A stretch of DNA of 61,405 nucleotides, counting the filler, from Squatina squatina (taxonomy: Eukaryota), in the NCBI GenBank assembly GCA_031763465.1. It is 4 parts of 4 records of this genome, joined end to end, with 100 filler letters (N's around TTAATTAATTAA, not from the genome) between each part and the next. Parts side by side here need not be neighbours in the genome. Positions count along the whole stretch, not along the records: positions 12,911 to 32,348 come from JARFOE010000013.1; 3 more parts are not named here. One strand, 5' to 3'. The notes beneath the pieces are model-generated. The model had not been told where the DNA came from. It saw only the letters and a program-made list of their open reading frames with translations, and made no database searches. The translations under genes were made by a program, and so were the position numbers. Of this stretch, positions 12,911-24,297 are shown in pieces. The first letter of the stretch is position 1, and each line of letters starts with the position of its first letter.

Positions 12911-14031
12911 CATATTCCCTCTCACTGTGGAGATTCAATTCTTACACCCAGGTCAAACTGGGAAACTAATCCGCCCCACCTACGCTGCTCCTTCCAGTTG
13001 GGCCACTGCGCTTCCTGTCTGTCGAACCCAGCTTCCAATCCATCGCAGACCGATGGAACGAGCTCTTACTATCGTGTAGCCGACTAAACCTACTTGTAGT
13101 GATTGTGGATCCATAATCACAAGACTGTGTCCATAGCACGGCATCAAAAGGAGAGGAGGTGCAAGTGTGGCTGATGCGGAAGATAGAAATAGCGTGGAGC
13201 TGTAGTGATGCTCTTCTTGAGCTGGAGATTACGTTTGCTCGATGGAGAGGGAGCTCCACCCAATCGTTACTCTGCCCAACTCGGTGCTGACACTGGATGT
13301 CTAAAACGCCCCGTTCATTCCCAGTACTTCGCTGAGCTCGCATTCCCCTCATCTCTCCCAGCAGCATCACCTCGTTGCCACCTTCAGCAACTTGTGTTTG
13401 TGCTAATGGGGGCGAGCTGAGCGATTGAGGCGTGTCGGGCGAGAGCTGCTTGTCAGCGTGGGTGGAACCATGATTGAAAAGCTGAACTGCGAATGTGAAG
13501 TGGAGGTGGTACAATCCTGTGCCAAAGAAAGCTTATTTCGTGGAATACTTCGTGTCCCTGGGCACTCGGTCTCCCTCGTGGTCTGACTGTCTACTCCGGA
13601 TTAGGAGGGGTTCCTCCACTGACATCGGGCGGTGGGGGTTGGTGGCTGCATGCAGTCCACAGATGAGAATTGGGTTAGACCAGGCTTTGAAATGACTCTC
13701 CCAGTCCTTCGCTGCCCATGTTGGCTCCAGTCCAATCCCACGTGGTCCCCTTCTGGATTTCTCCCCAACGAAGTGTTGGAAGTGAAAGGTCCCACCAATT
13801 CCGCAGGAGAGCAGACAAAGTCCTCCCAACAGCTGCCGGTGGAAGGTTGGCTGTTGACGTTGCCAGTCAAGCCACCACTTTGAGTGGCTCGCACGCCCAC
13901 GCTTGCCGCATCTTCAGAAAATCATCAGCTTCTTCCTCAGTCGCAAATTCAGTATTGGCAAAGAGGGCAATGTCAACGCCAACAATACTGCTCCTGCTCT
14001 TGACTAGCTGCATGGCCACCGTTCCCTCTGA

Positions 14032-14316
<285 letters not shown>

Positions 14317-15069
14317 TAGTAACCATGACAACCAATAAATGACTGGGCCTTGTTACGCATCACTGAATACCAATTCTGGCTTGTTAAAGATTAAAGAAAA
14401 CATGAGGCCTGGATACATTGGAGGGGCTGTTCTAAATTTGTGGCTTGTTGGAGCAGTGTAGAGGGAACTTTANNNNNNNNNNNNNNNNNNNNNNNNNNNN
14501 NNNNNNNNNNNNNNNNNNNNNNNNNNNNNNNNNNNNNNNNNNNNNNNNNNNNNNNNNNNNNNNNNNNNNNNNGCCTACTCCTGCATCTATTTTCTTTGTT
14601 TCTATGTTTTTATGTTTGCTTCCTGCTCAGAGGGCAGATTAAAATTGAACTCAGAAGGATATCAGTGGGTAAAGCACTCAAGTTGATTTTAACTGCCTAC
14701 TGCATAGTTGCTGCTGGGCGGCAAGGGTTAAAATCAACCCCCGGAGTAACATGGACTAGCTAGTCAGCCAAGGGCCACTGGTGAAGAGGAGATCGGCTTC
14801 AAGTTTTATCATGAGTACAACTGTTTAAATATTCTCTCTTTTTTGTCCCCTCTAGGAATTAACAATGTAAACCGCAAAAAGATCTATTTCTATATATATT
14901 CGCTGGATATTATCAACATTATAAACTATAACCAAACTGTAAATCATACAAGTTTGCATCTGTTATACCACTAATAAACTCAGCCTATGGAAACCAAACC
15001 AGAGCTTGCTTGTATTTGTTTGAAATAACAAGGGGGAAGTAAGGGTGAGAGATGAGGATTGTCATGGGC

Positions 15070-15229
15070 CGAAGCCCCATTCCAGAGACTTGAGCACATA
15101 ATCTAGGCTGACACTTCAGTGAGATACTGAGGGAATGTTGCAGTGTCGGAAGTGCTGTCTTTCGGATGAAATGTTAAACTGTCTGCCCTCTCAGGTGAAC
15201 GTAGAGATCCCACGGCACTATTGGAAGAA
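15070..15229 (+). mobile_element. Deu-domain SINE (SacSINE1/AmnSINE1 superfamily) fragment
   Basis: gagcacataatctaggctgacac..tactgaggga..gtctttcggatga..gttaaac Deu-domain core. Confidence 0.7.
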
Positions 15230-16456
15230 NNNNNNNNNNNNNNNNNNNNNNNNNNNNNNNNNNNNNNNNNNNNNNNNNNNNNNNNNNNNNNNNNNNNNNN
15301 NNNNNNNNNNNNNNNNNNNNNNNNNNNNNTAATTGACCATGGAATTATTTTGGTGGTGAAGAGATACAAATGTTGACCAGAACACCAGGAGAAGCATTGG
15401 CTCTTTTATAGCCACTTTAACAGGCAGATGGGGATCTCAAATGTTTCATCTGAAAGACAGGAGACAGAAGAGGTCTGAGCAAAAGGTCAGATGAAGTAGA
15501 GAAAGAAAGTCTATGTAGTCCTCTCATCATCATGGACAACCGAGAGTACAATCTTCAATTTTCATGTGGCCCGCAAAAGATTAATGGTATTTAACTATGT
15601 CTCTCCAGTTTACACAGAGTAATGAGAAAGCTGGTTAGGTAAGATAGTCAGTCCCAAAATTGCTGGGGACGGGGCAAAAAAAGACAAAATTTGATCCAGC
15701 CTCCACTTCAGATTATTTCCAGTGCAAATCCAGATAACTCTTTTTACATTGATTTCAAAGAAGGTTAAACTCAACTTTTAGCCTCCAGACCATGGTTTAT
15801 AGTCAGTCCCATAGATGGTAAAGCATTGTTTGAAGTTTGTATTGCTTGGGGAACTTTCAACTCACATTGGAGACTGACAACGAGTTGAATACTACACTGA
15901 TGTAGAATAGTGCAGTAGCTTTGCTTGAATCTGAAGAGTGAGAAGTCAAGTTCCAGCATGCTAGTCAGCACTGGGACAAAATAAGTCACTGACCAGCTTC
16001 TTGAAGGAACAGTGCACTGAATACAAGTAACTCTTTAATCATACAGGCCAATGGCAAGGAAATTGGCAGGCAAAAGTCACTTTAGCCCAACTCAAGGTAC
16101 AAAACTGTCCAGTCTAGGATTTGTTCAACTCAAACCAAAGATCCCTTTAACAAAAGCCATCCTATTACACAGCCAAGACAATGAGTAAGAGTTAGAAAGC
16201 AGAGAGGGATAGAAAGCTGCTGAAGAAACAGACACAAAGAAATTTTACTTTTAAGAGCAAAGGAACGAGAAATTATGCACACTTAATTTATTTCTGTAAA
16301 AACAAAGCTAGGCAACTCTTACACTAGTGAGACAGGATCGTTACAGGTAAAATATTGCCCTATAAAGCAGCTATTTGGTGTTCCAACATATACTTATGGG
16401 GCAATCACATTCACCGCTCACATTTAAAGCAAAGACAACAAGGTTTTGGTAATTCA

Positions 16457-16705
<249 letters not shown>

Positions 16706-17219
16706 TTACCTTTGAGGACAAACCTAGCACACCCCTCTTGTATTGTAATACTCTGATTAAGATTATTGATAAATACCTTATCTTGTTCACTGCTCTTTTA
16801 TACTGCACCAGGTTCCAGCTCATCCGTATCACATGATGTAGGCATGGAGGAGGAGCTAAAAAATAGCTCTATTAAACACAATTAGATTTATTTTTAAACC
16901 TTGTATTTTTCATTTTAAAAAGAATCTTTTTTTTCTTTGCTCTCTGTCTTTAATATAAATAAGTATAATCTTTCCTCTAAGTCTGATGTTGGGTTTAACC
17001 TGTCAATAGCCTGGATTCCATTTGCTTGGAACATTTTGAAAGGAAGACTCGGGCTTCTACAGCTCATCACAAATACTGAATTTTTTTNNNNNNNNNNNNN
17101 NNNNNNNNNNNNNNNNNNNNNNNNNNNNNNNNNNNNNNNNNNNNNNNNNNNNNNNNNNNNNNNNNNNNNNNNNNNNNNNNNNNNNNNAGCCAAGATCCTA
17201 TTGAATGGTGGCGCAGGCT

Positions 17220-17750
17220 CGAAGGGCCGAATAGCCTACTCCTGTTTATATTTTCTTTGTTTCTGTGTAAAGTGGGGTCCAACAAGGATCAGTGCTGGGA
17301 CTACTATTGTTCACAATTTATATTAACTATTTGAGGTTAGAATCAAAAACACGATTTCTAAATTTGCGGATGACACCAAATTTGGGGTGGTGGTGGTGGT
17401 GGTTGGTAATCCAGAGGAGAACTGCAACAAATTATAAGAAGGCATTAATAAACTTGTAGAATAGACAACACAGAAGGGTGAGGTATTACATTTTGGTAGG
17501 AAAAATAAGGAAGTCACACATTACTTGAAAAATAAAGGGGCAGAGGAGCAAAGTGATCTCCAAGTACAAATCGCCATATGTAGCAAAACAGGCTCGCAAG
17601 GTCATTTTAAAAAAAAGCAAAACAAGCACTAGGGTTTATTTCCAGAAGGATAGAGTTGAAAAATAGAGAGGTTATGACAAACTTGTATCGAAACTTGGTT
17701 AGATCACACTTGGAGTACTGTGTGCAATTCTGGTTGTCATATTATAAAAA
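17220..17750 (+). mobile_element. CR1 LINE RT fragments
   Basis: [17 protein letters not shown] and LVRSHLEYCVQFW motifs with deletions. Confidence 0.85.
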
Positions 17751-18341
17751 GAATGGACGCGACTGCTGTCAACGAACTGGAAGCGATCTGCTCATGCGCA
17801 CTGCCGGTCTATCAAGGTTTGTTGTAAAAAGCCGAGAAGGGAGCGAGCTGATGAAAAAGTCAGAAAGCCGGGATGAGAACGGGCTAGTGAAAAAGCTGGA
17901 AANNNNNNNNNNNNNNNNNNNNNNNNNNNNNNNNNNNNNNNNNNNNNNNNNNNNNNNNNNNNNNNNNNNNNNNNNNNNNNNNNNNNNNNNNNNNNNNNNN
18001 NNGGACATTGGTTGATATGATTCTTTCAGTAGAGCTATGTCAGGTTGTTGCATGGATGGTATGTGGGACAGCTGTGCCAACTTTGGCACCAGCCCAAAGA
18101 TGTTAATGGGCAGGTCTTTTCAGGGTCAACTGTGCTGGGTGCGCCTTTGTCGGGTCCTGATTCAATACCTAGAACAGGGGAGGATAAATGATAGAATGGA
18201 GAAAGGGAATTATAAACAACAGAGTAGGAAAAGGGGAGGATAAGCAATAGGGAAGTGCGAGATAAATAATAGAGTAAGAAAAGAGGAGGAATGATAGAGT
18301 AGCGAAAAGGATAAACAATAATGTTTTCTTTTCTGCTCTAG

Positions 18342-18576
18342 GATGCCATAGTCAGAACAGATCCAAAAGACCACTGTGTTGGAGATGAAGCCAGGGACAG
18401 ACCAGACATTTGGATCTCCAAGTACCCAATCAAACATGGGATTGTGACCAACTGGGATGACATGGAGAAGATCTGGCAACATACCTACAATATGTTGGAA
18501 GTCGACCCAGTGGAACCTCCTGTACTTCTCACGGAGGCTCCTCTGAACCACAAAGTTAACCAGAAGAAGGTGACAC
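18342..18576 (+). CDS. Divergent actin-like second coding exon (truncated by gap)
   Basis: Acceptor ttttcttttctgctctAG; [78 protein letters not shown] aligns to actin residues ~42-120. Confidence 0.85.
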
Positions 18577-19194
18577 NNNNNNNNNNNNNNNNNNNNNNNN
18601 NNNNNNNNNNNNNNNNNNNNNNNNNNNNNNNNNNNNNNNNNNNNNNNNNNNNNNNNNNNNNNNNNNNNNNNNNNNNTCTTGGTACACAACAAAGGATCTT
18701 GCACAATACCTGAGGTAACACTTGATCAAAAGTCATTTCAGACAGTCAGCAGACAGAGCAGCAAGGAGACTTTCATCCCATCACTCCGGGCTGGGTTAAA
18801 ACTCAGGCCTATAGAGGTGAAAGGGCAGTGTGGTAACCCATGACACCACCCAATCATTAGTTGGCTGATTTATGTGAATTGTTAGATTCCTTCTATTTGC
18901 TTTTTTTTAAACTCAAGTTTCTAAACACAAATTACCTTCACAAAACCGAAAGCTGAGTGTTTGTTGGGGCAGATGGCAGCAAGTGTTTGTTTTGGTTGAC
19001 AGCCATGCACGACTGAAGCACGGTATCTATCCAAAAAAAAAACAAAGCCAGTCATCCTCGCCATCAAAGAGATATTCAAGGCCAGCGATAATAATTAACC
19101 TCACTGACCAATAGCTAACTTAGAGGTAGACAGGCTTCTGCTGGTGTGTCGCAGCAGTTTTGACTGGAGTTCTGCACAGGAGACCTCTGACGGG

Positions 19195-19374
19195 ATGAGA
19201 TCCTGGTTGACTGCCTTTGTGTGCATTGGAGCGGTTGCGGTGGGGTACGGAGGCCCAGTTCAACGGACACCGAATTCCAAGGATGCTCTGTCCGCCGCCA
19301 TTTACAAGTACAACGCGGGATCCGACCAGCTGAACCTCTTTAAGCTCATGGGAGCCCACTGCATCGCAATCAAG
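19195..19374 (+). CDS. Cathelicidin/cathelin-like precursor exon 1 (signal peptide plus start of a cystatin-fold prodomain)
   Basis: gggATGa start; MRSWLTAFVCIGAVAVGYG signal-like segment; DALSAAIYKYNAGSDQLNLFKLM resembles cathelin EAVLRAVDxxNxxSxxxNLYRLL; 180 nt ending at a phase-0 aag/gt donor. Confidence 0.62.
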
Positions 19375-20559
19375 GTATAAAGATGTCATTGAACTGCTGG
19401 AATTACGAAATTGGATTCACAGCGGGCCTCTGTATGGCTTGTTTTTATTGCCGCAGGATTGGGAGGCAGGTGTGGGTGAGCGGGGGAAGCACAGGGTAAG
19501 GCTTCCTCCTGCACCCAGCCAGAGGCAAGGTAAGCAAGGAAAANNNNNNNNNNNNNNNNNNNNNNNNNNNNNNNNNNNNNNNNNNNNNNNNNNNNNNNNN
19601 NNNNNNNNNNNNNNNNNNNNNNNNNNNNNNNNNNNNNNNNNNNCGCTAGGGAGCAATTACATTACATTTTTTAAATATTTCCTCCCCCACCTCTCCCTAA
19701 TCACAAGTTGGGTGGAGGCTGAGCCAATGGTAGGCAGCCTGCCCTCTGTACTTACTCACCCCCATCTCTGATACCTGCCCAACACACACACAGTGGACAG
19801 AGCGAGAGTTATAAGGACATCATTCTATACGATTCCATCATTTCCAGGCTCATCACTGCTGGTGGGCAAAAGGAGTGGATAAGGAGAGTAGGAATGCTGA
19901 AATGAAATATATATACATATTTATAATTGAAACTATTCCAAGGCTTTAAATAAAGCTGTAAAACTCTTCTTTTAAATAGAACTCTCAATTTATAAGACTT
20001 TAATCTACAGAACAATTTGGAGCAAAGAAAGTGCACGCTGGAGAAGTGGGTTGTAATTGACGAAATTTACGCGGTGATATTCACACACAAGTGGTGGGCT
20101 TTTTCTCCCTCACCGAAATCCTGGAACTGGATTAAGGAAAGTGCAGAAAGGCGCCTGATGTGACAGCACAGAAACCGCCAGCCAAGGATTTTAACTCGTT
20201 TCTTGCCACTGGGGGAGATCCAAGGGGGAGGAGAAAATAGTGAGTTGACGGAAGGGGGTTAATAAGCAACTGGGTTCTGTCATATGGATGTGATTTTTTT
20301 TCTGTTGCCCTCTAACCAGTATGCACAGAAAATCAAACAGCAGTAGTGACTACCCCAGACTCTGCTCCCTCCACAACTGAAGGACGAAAAGTTAGCGAGA
20401 GTTTCGATTAGTTTTTTTTTCGGTGGGTGGGAGGCGGGAGGCGAGTTGGAATGGACTCGTGGATTCGATGCGACCGAAGGTGAAGGAAGGTTTTGAAATA
20501 ACGAATTTGAAAAGTGGATGAAGAGTAAGGAATTGGGCTGACATCGCCCGGTGTCGAAC

Positions 20560-20634
20560 ATGGGAGCCGCCACCGTCTCCAGTAGCCTGGGAGTCTTGCT
20601 GTACTGCTCGGTCCTCAGCTGTGTCTACGCTCTG
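20560..20634 (+). CDS. PTH1R: PTH1 receptor signal-peptide exon (MGAATVSSSLGVLLYCSVLSCVYAL)
   Basis: 75 coding nt ending ctg/gtgagt; matches recalled [25 protein letters not shown]. Confidence 0.88.
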
Positions 20635-20748
20635 GTGAGTGTCTGTGTTCCCGTAAAGAGCAGCGCGTGTTTCAGTGACATATATACAGACCAATTTATT
20701 GGGTTATTCCGGCTCGGTGATACCACATATTTCTCATATTAGCTTCTG

Positions 20749-20753
<5 letters not shown>

Positions 20754-20779
<26 letters not shown>
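20754..20779. repeat. (TA)n microsatellite
   Basis: Run of about 12-13 TA units. Confidence 0.85.
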
Positions 20780-20782
<3 letters not shown>

Positions 20783-21844
20783 TGTGTGTATTATAAATTA
20801 ATTATATATTATAGGATCAATTTTATGAATGTTTACCTGGAGCTAGAGCAGTTCGCACTGAGGAAAGATTTAAAGGACTATGAAAAAGGAAGAAATCCAA
20901 TGGTGGTAGAGGTAAACGATACTGGGAGAAATGATATAGGGGCCCTAAAAGTTACATATGAGAATCATTTCAATTTGGAAACATGGGATTAATACTCTTA
21001 ACTGTGGAGGAATGGAAAGATCTTGCTGGAGTGCAGATAAGCCAATCTTTAAAGGTGGGAACACAGGTGGAAAGGGCTGTAAAAGAAGCATGTTGGATTC
21101 TGAGTTTGAATGTCTGAATAAGGGCATTGCTTATAAAAGNNNNNNNNNNNNNNNNNNNNNNNNNNNNNNNNNNNNNNNNNNNNNNNNNNNNNNNNNNNNN
21201 NNNNNNNNNNNNNNNNNNNNNNNNNNNNNNNNNNNNNNNGGCTGTTTGGTTGTTAAAGAGCCTGTGGTAGAGTGCTACCAATCTTCTCAAAATTCAGAAT
21301 CAGTGCCATTTATGTTGCAGGTTTAACCCTTACCTCGGTTACTTCTTTTGGCATTTCCCCATAAAGCAGCCTCACTCAATAAACATCCAGTATCCAATAA
21401 CATTTTTTGCAAGAGCCTTCAAACAGATCTGTATTTATTTATCTGAACTCCTTGCTCTGGCTCACACCCTTTTTCTGTCAATTGATGAAGAGGCCTAGTC
21501 CGGCACTAAATCAACTGTACAAAGTGTGTANNNNNNNNNNCAGCCAATACAGTGGAATCCTGTTCTATGCAGTCATCTGATAATTAATCAAAATACAATT
21601 TCATCTATCCAGAATTCCATTACTCCAGCAGAGACTGTGTGATCTAGTGTAAGGAGGGAAGCTACAAGTATTCTGTTAACACATCCCTCTGAAAATTTCA
21701 CCAGAGTATTCTCGACTCATTACTTTTATAATCCCTTTGCAATGGGCAAATTATTTTCAGTGTGGGTTAGTGCATGACTTCATTTGCATTTGTTTTCCCA
21801 CTCTTCAAATGTTCCAGAAAATTCTAACGATAACCCTGTAAAGT

Positions 21845-22072
21845 ACCCACCTTGGCTCAGTCGGTAGCACTCTTGCCTCTGAGTCAGGAGGCCATGGGTT
21901 CAAGCTCCACTCCAGAGATTTGAGCACATAATCCCGGCTCGCACACCAGTGCGGTACTGAGGGAATGCTACAATGTCAATGGTAATGTCTTTCGGATGAG
22001 ATATTAAACTGGGTCCTGTCTGCCCTCACGGCACTATTTAAAGAAGAACAGGGAAATTGCCTGTGTCCTGCT
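21845..22072 (+). mobile_element. Deu-domain SINE with tRNA-derived head
   Basis: A-box tggctcagtcggt and B-box ggttcaagctcc followed by the Deu core (gtactgaggga..gtctttcggatgag). Confidence 0.8.
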
Positions 22073-22453
22073 NNNNNNNNNNNNNNNNNNNNNNNNNNNN
22101 NNNNNNNNNNNNNNNNNNNNNNNNNNNNNNNNNNNNNNNNNNNNNNNNNNNNNNNNNNNNNNNNNNNNNNNNAGACAGAGGCTATTCAGCTCATCATGTC
22201 TGTACTGGCTCTGTGCTAAAGCCATCCCAGTGCATCACACTCTCCCCATAGTCCTCTGTCTTTCTCTGCTTCAAATAATTATCCAATTTCCCCATAAAAG
22301 ATGCAACGCATTCTGTCACCGAACAAGCTCCAACAACTCTCTGAGTAATGAAATGTTTCCAACTTTCTCTCCACAATTTCTTAATGACAATTTTAAATCC
22401 TCTGCCCCATTCTTCCCGGCTAATTTTGTGTGTTTTCTTTTTGCCGTATTCAG

Positions 22454-22559
22454 GTTGATGCAGATGATGTTATTACCAGAGATGAACAGATTTACCTGCT
22501 ACTTCATGCTAAATGGAAGTGCGAGCAGAAGTTGAAGTCCAGGATGGGTAATGCTGCTG
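22454..22559 (+). CDS. PTH1R: PTH1 receptor extracellular-domain exon (VDADDVITRDEQIYLLLHAKWKCEQKLKSRMGNAA)
   Basis: 106-nt cag/../gtgagt exon; matches recalled [28 protein letters not shown]. Confidence 0.92.
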
Positions 22560-22589
22560 GTGAGTCCCTCCTTTAATTTCGTTAGCTAC

Positions 22590-23010
22590 AACTTATATTT
22601 ATATGGCACCTTTAACATAGTAAATGTTCCAATGTAGTTCACGGGAACATAGAACACCAAAGAAGGAGACATTAGGAGGGTCTTGGCCAAAGAGGTAGGT
22701 TTTAAGGAGCATCTTAAAGGAGAGAGGTGGAGAGGTGGAGGGGCTTAGGGCCTGTATGGCTGAGGGCACGACTGCCAATAGTGGAGCAAAGGAAATTGGG
22801 AATGCACAAGGGCAGAATTAGAAGAAGGCAGAGTTCTTGGAGGGTTATGGGGCTGGAGGAGGTTACAAAGACAAGGAGCGGTGAGGCCATGGAGGGTTTT
22901 GAACACAAGGATTTTAAAAACAAAAGAATTTTAAAATGGAAGCATTCGGGGAAGGGGAACTAATGTAGGTCAGTGAGTGGATGAGCGGGACTTGGTGTGA
23001 GGTAGGATAC
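22590..23010 (-). mobile_element. L2-clade LINE 3' end
   Basis: Similar to the repeat at 50620-51095; antisense L2-like 3' region. Confidence 0.6.
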
Positions 23011-24099
23011 ATTCTGTAGCTGTGTGAAGTAGCAATGATCGCAATGACACGGGAGGATAGAGTGCCTTTTAATGTTAATAGTAAAAATGGTAATGCTACG
23101 GTGTGTTGAAAAGCATGTCGCTGATCAAAGGGACCGTGGCAAAATTAAATGGATGTGCTAAAAAATGTGGATGAATTTTAAATGTTGAAACTAAGGATCT
23201 GGCCATATTACAATATGAGATGTGTGCACAGTGACAGGAACTGTGAAACACGTGCAAATGGTGACAGGAACTGCGAAACTATGCTATAATTTGACCTTTG
23301 CACTGCTCAGTTGCTGATCAAGCAATAACCAGGGTGTTGCCGACGCAAACTGGAAGTGCACCTGCCCAGATGCCAGCTTAGCTGGGTTGTTCCCCCTGTC
23401 CGGTGAAACTCAACATCCAGAATCAAATTGAATGGTGATTTGGAGGGCCAGGGTGCAGAGCAGCAAGAATTTGGAAGAATCAATTTGGTTTGAGAACGAG
23501 CACCTTTGGCATCATCGGAGGAGTGTGGAAGAAGAGACTGAGCTGAGACAGCGAGACAAGGGCAGGCTATTGAACTCAAGTCATTAAATAATAAAATCGG
23601 CTCCAAGTTGTTTGCTTGCTGAAGGAGCTCAACCTCTCAGTGATGTTTAAAGCCTTGCTGTGAAACATTCCATAGTTTATTATTATTTATTTTTATAAGA
23701 GGCACTGAGTGATCTTTCCTCTTTGCCAGCTTTAACAAGCCATCTCAGAGCTTGTGCTGAAGGAGGGTGGGAAGGAAGGGGGATGGGCAGGTGGGATAAC
23801 CGTGGCTGCCTATTTGGCAGGATGCCAGCCTACTGCCTGCCAACCTAAGTTACAGCATCAAGTGCAAAAAAGGCTTAATTGGCAGAATGTACGACCTCAG
23901 CGGCCTCTGATGGGCACCGAGCAGTGGGAATTGAGTCTAAAAATGTGACATTTGCTTTAAAACAATTTTTAAATAAAGGCAAATTGTCGGTTGAAATGGA
24001 GGTTAAGAAAAAAGCATTTATATATATATATATATAGAACTAACAAGATATTCATTGTGCTACATACGGTCCTTGAATATATATCAATTATATGTAAAG

Positions 24100-24297
24100 A
24101 TAGAAAAATGCTGTCATTTATATAGCACCTTTCATGACTTCAGGACGTCCCCAAGCACTTTACAGCCAATGAAGCACTTTCTGAAATGCAGTCAGTGTTG
24201 TAACGTAGGAAACACGGCAGTCAGTTTGCACACAGCAAGCTCCCATAAACAGCTATGAGATACAGGATTGGATCATCTTTTTTCTAAGTGATCTTAA
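24100..24297 (-). mobile_element. Deu-domain SINE 3' part
   Basis: catttatatagcacctttcatgacttcaggacgtccc..ctttacagccaatgaag. Confidence 0.7.

Noticed and set aside
21845-21915. tRNA gene
   Set aside because: A/B boxes continue directly into a SINE body, so it is a tRNA-derived SINE head
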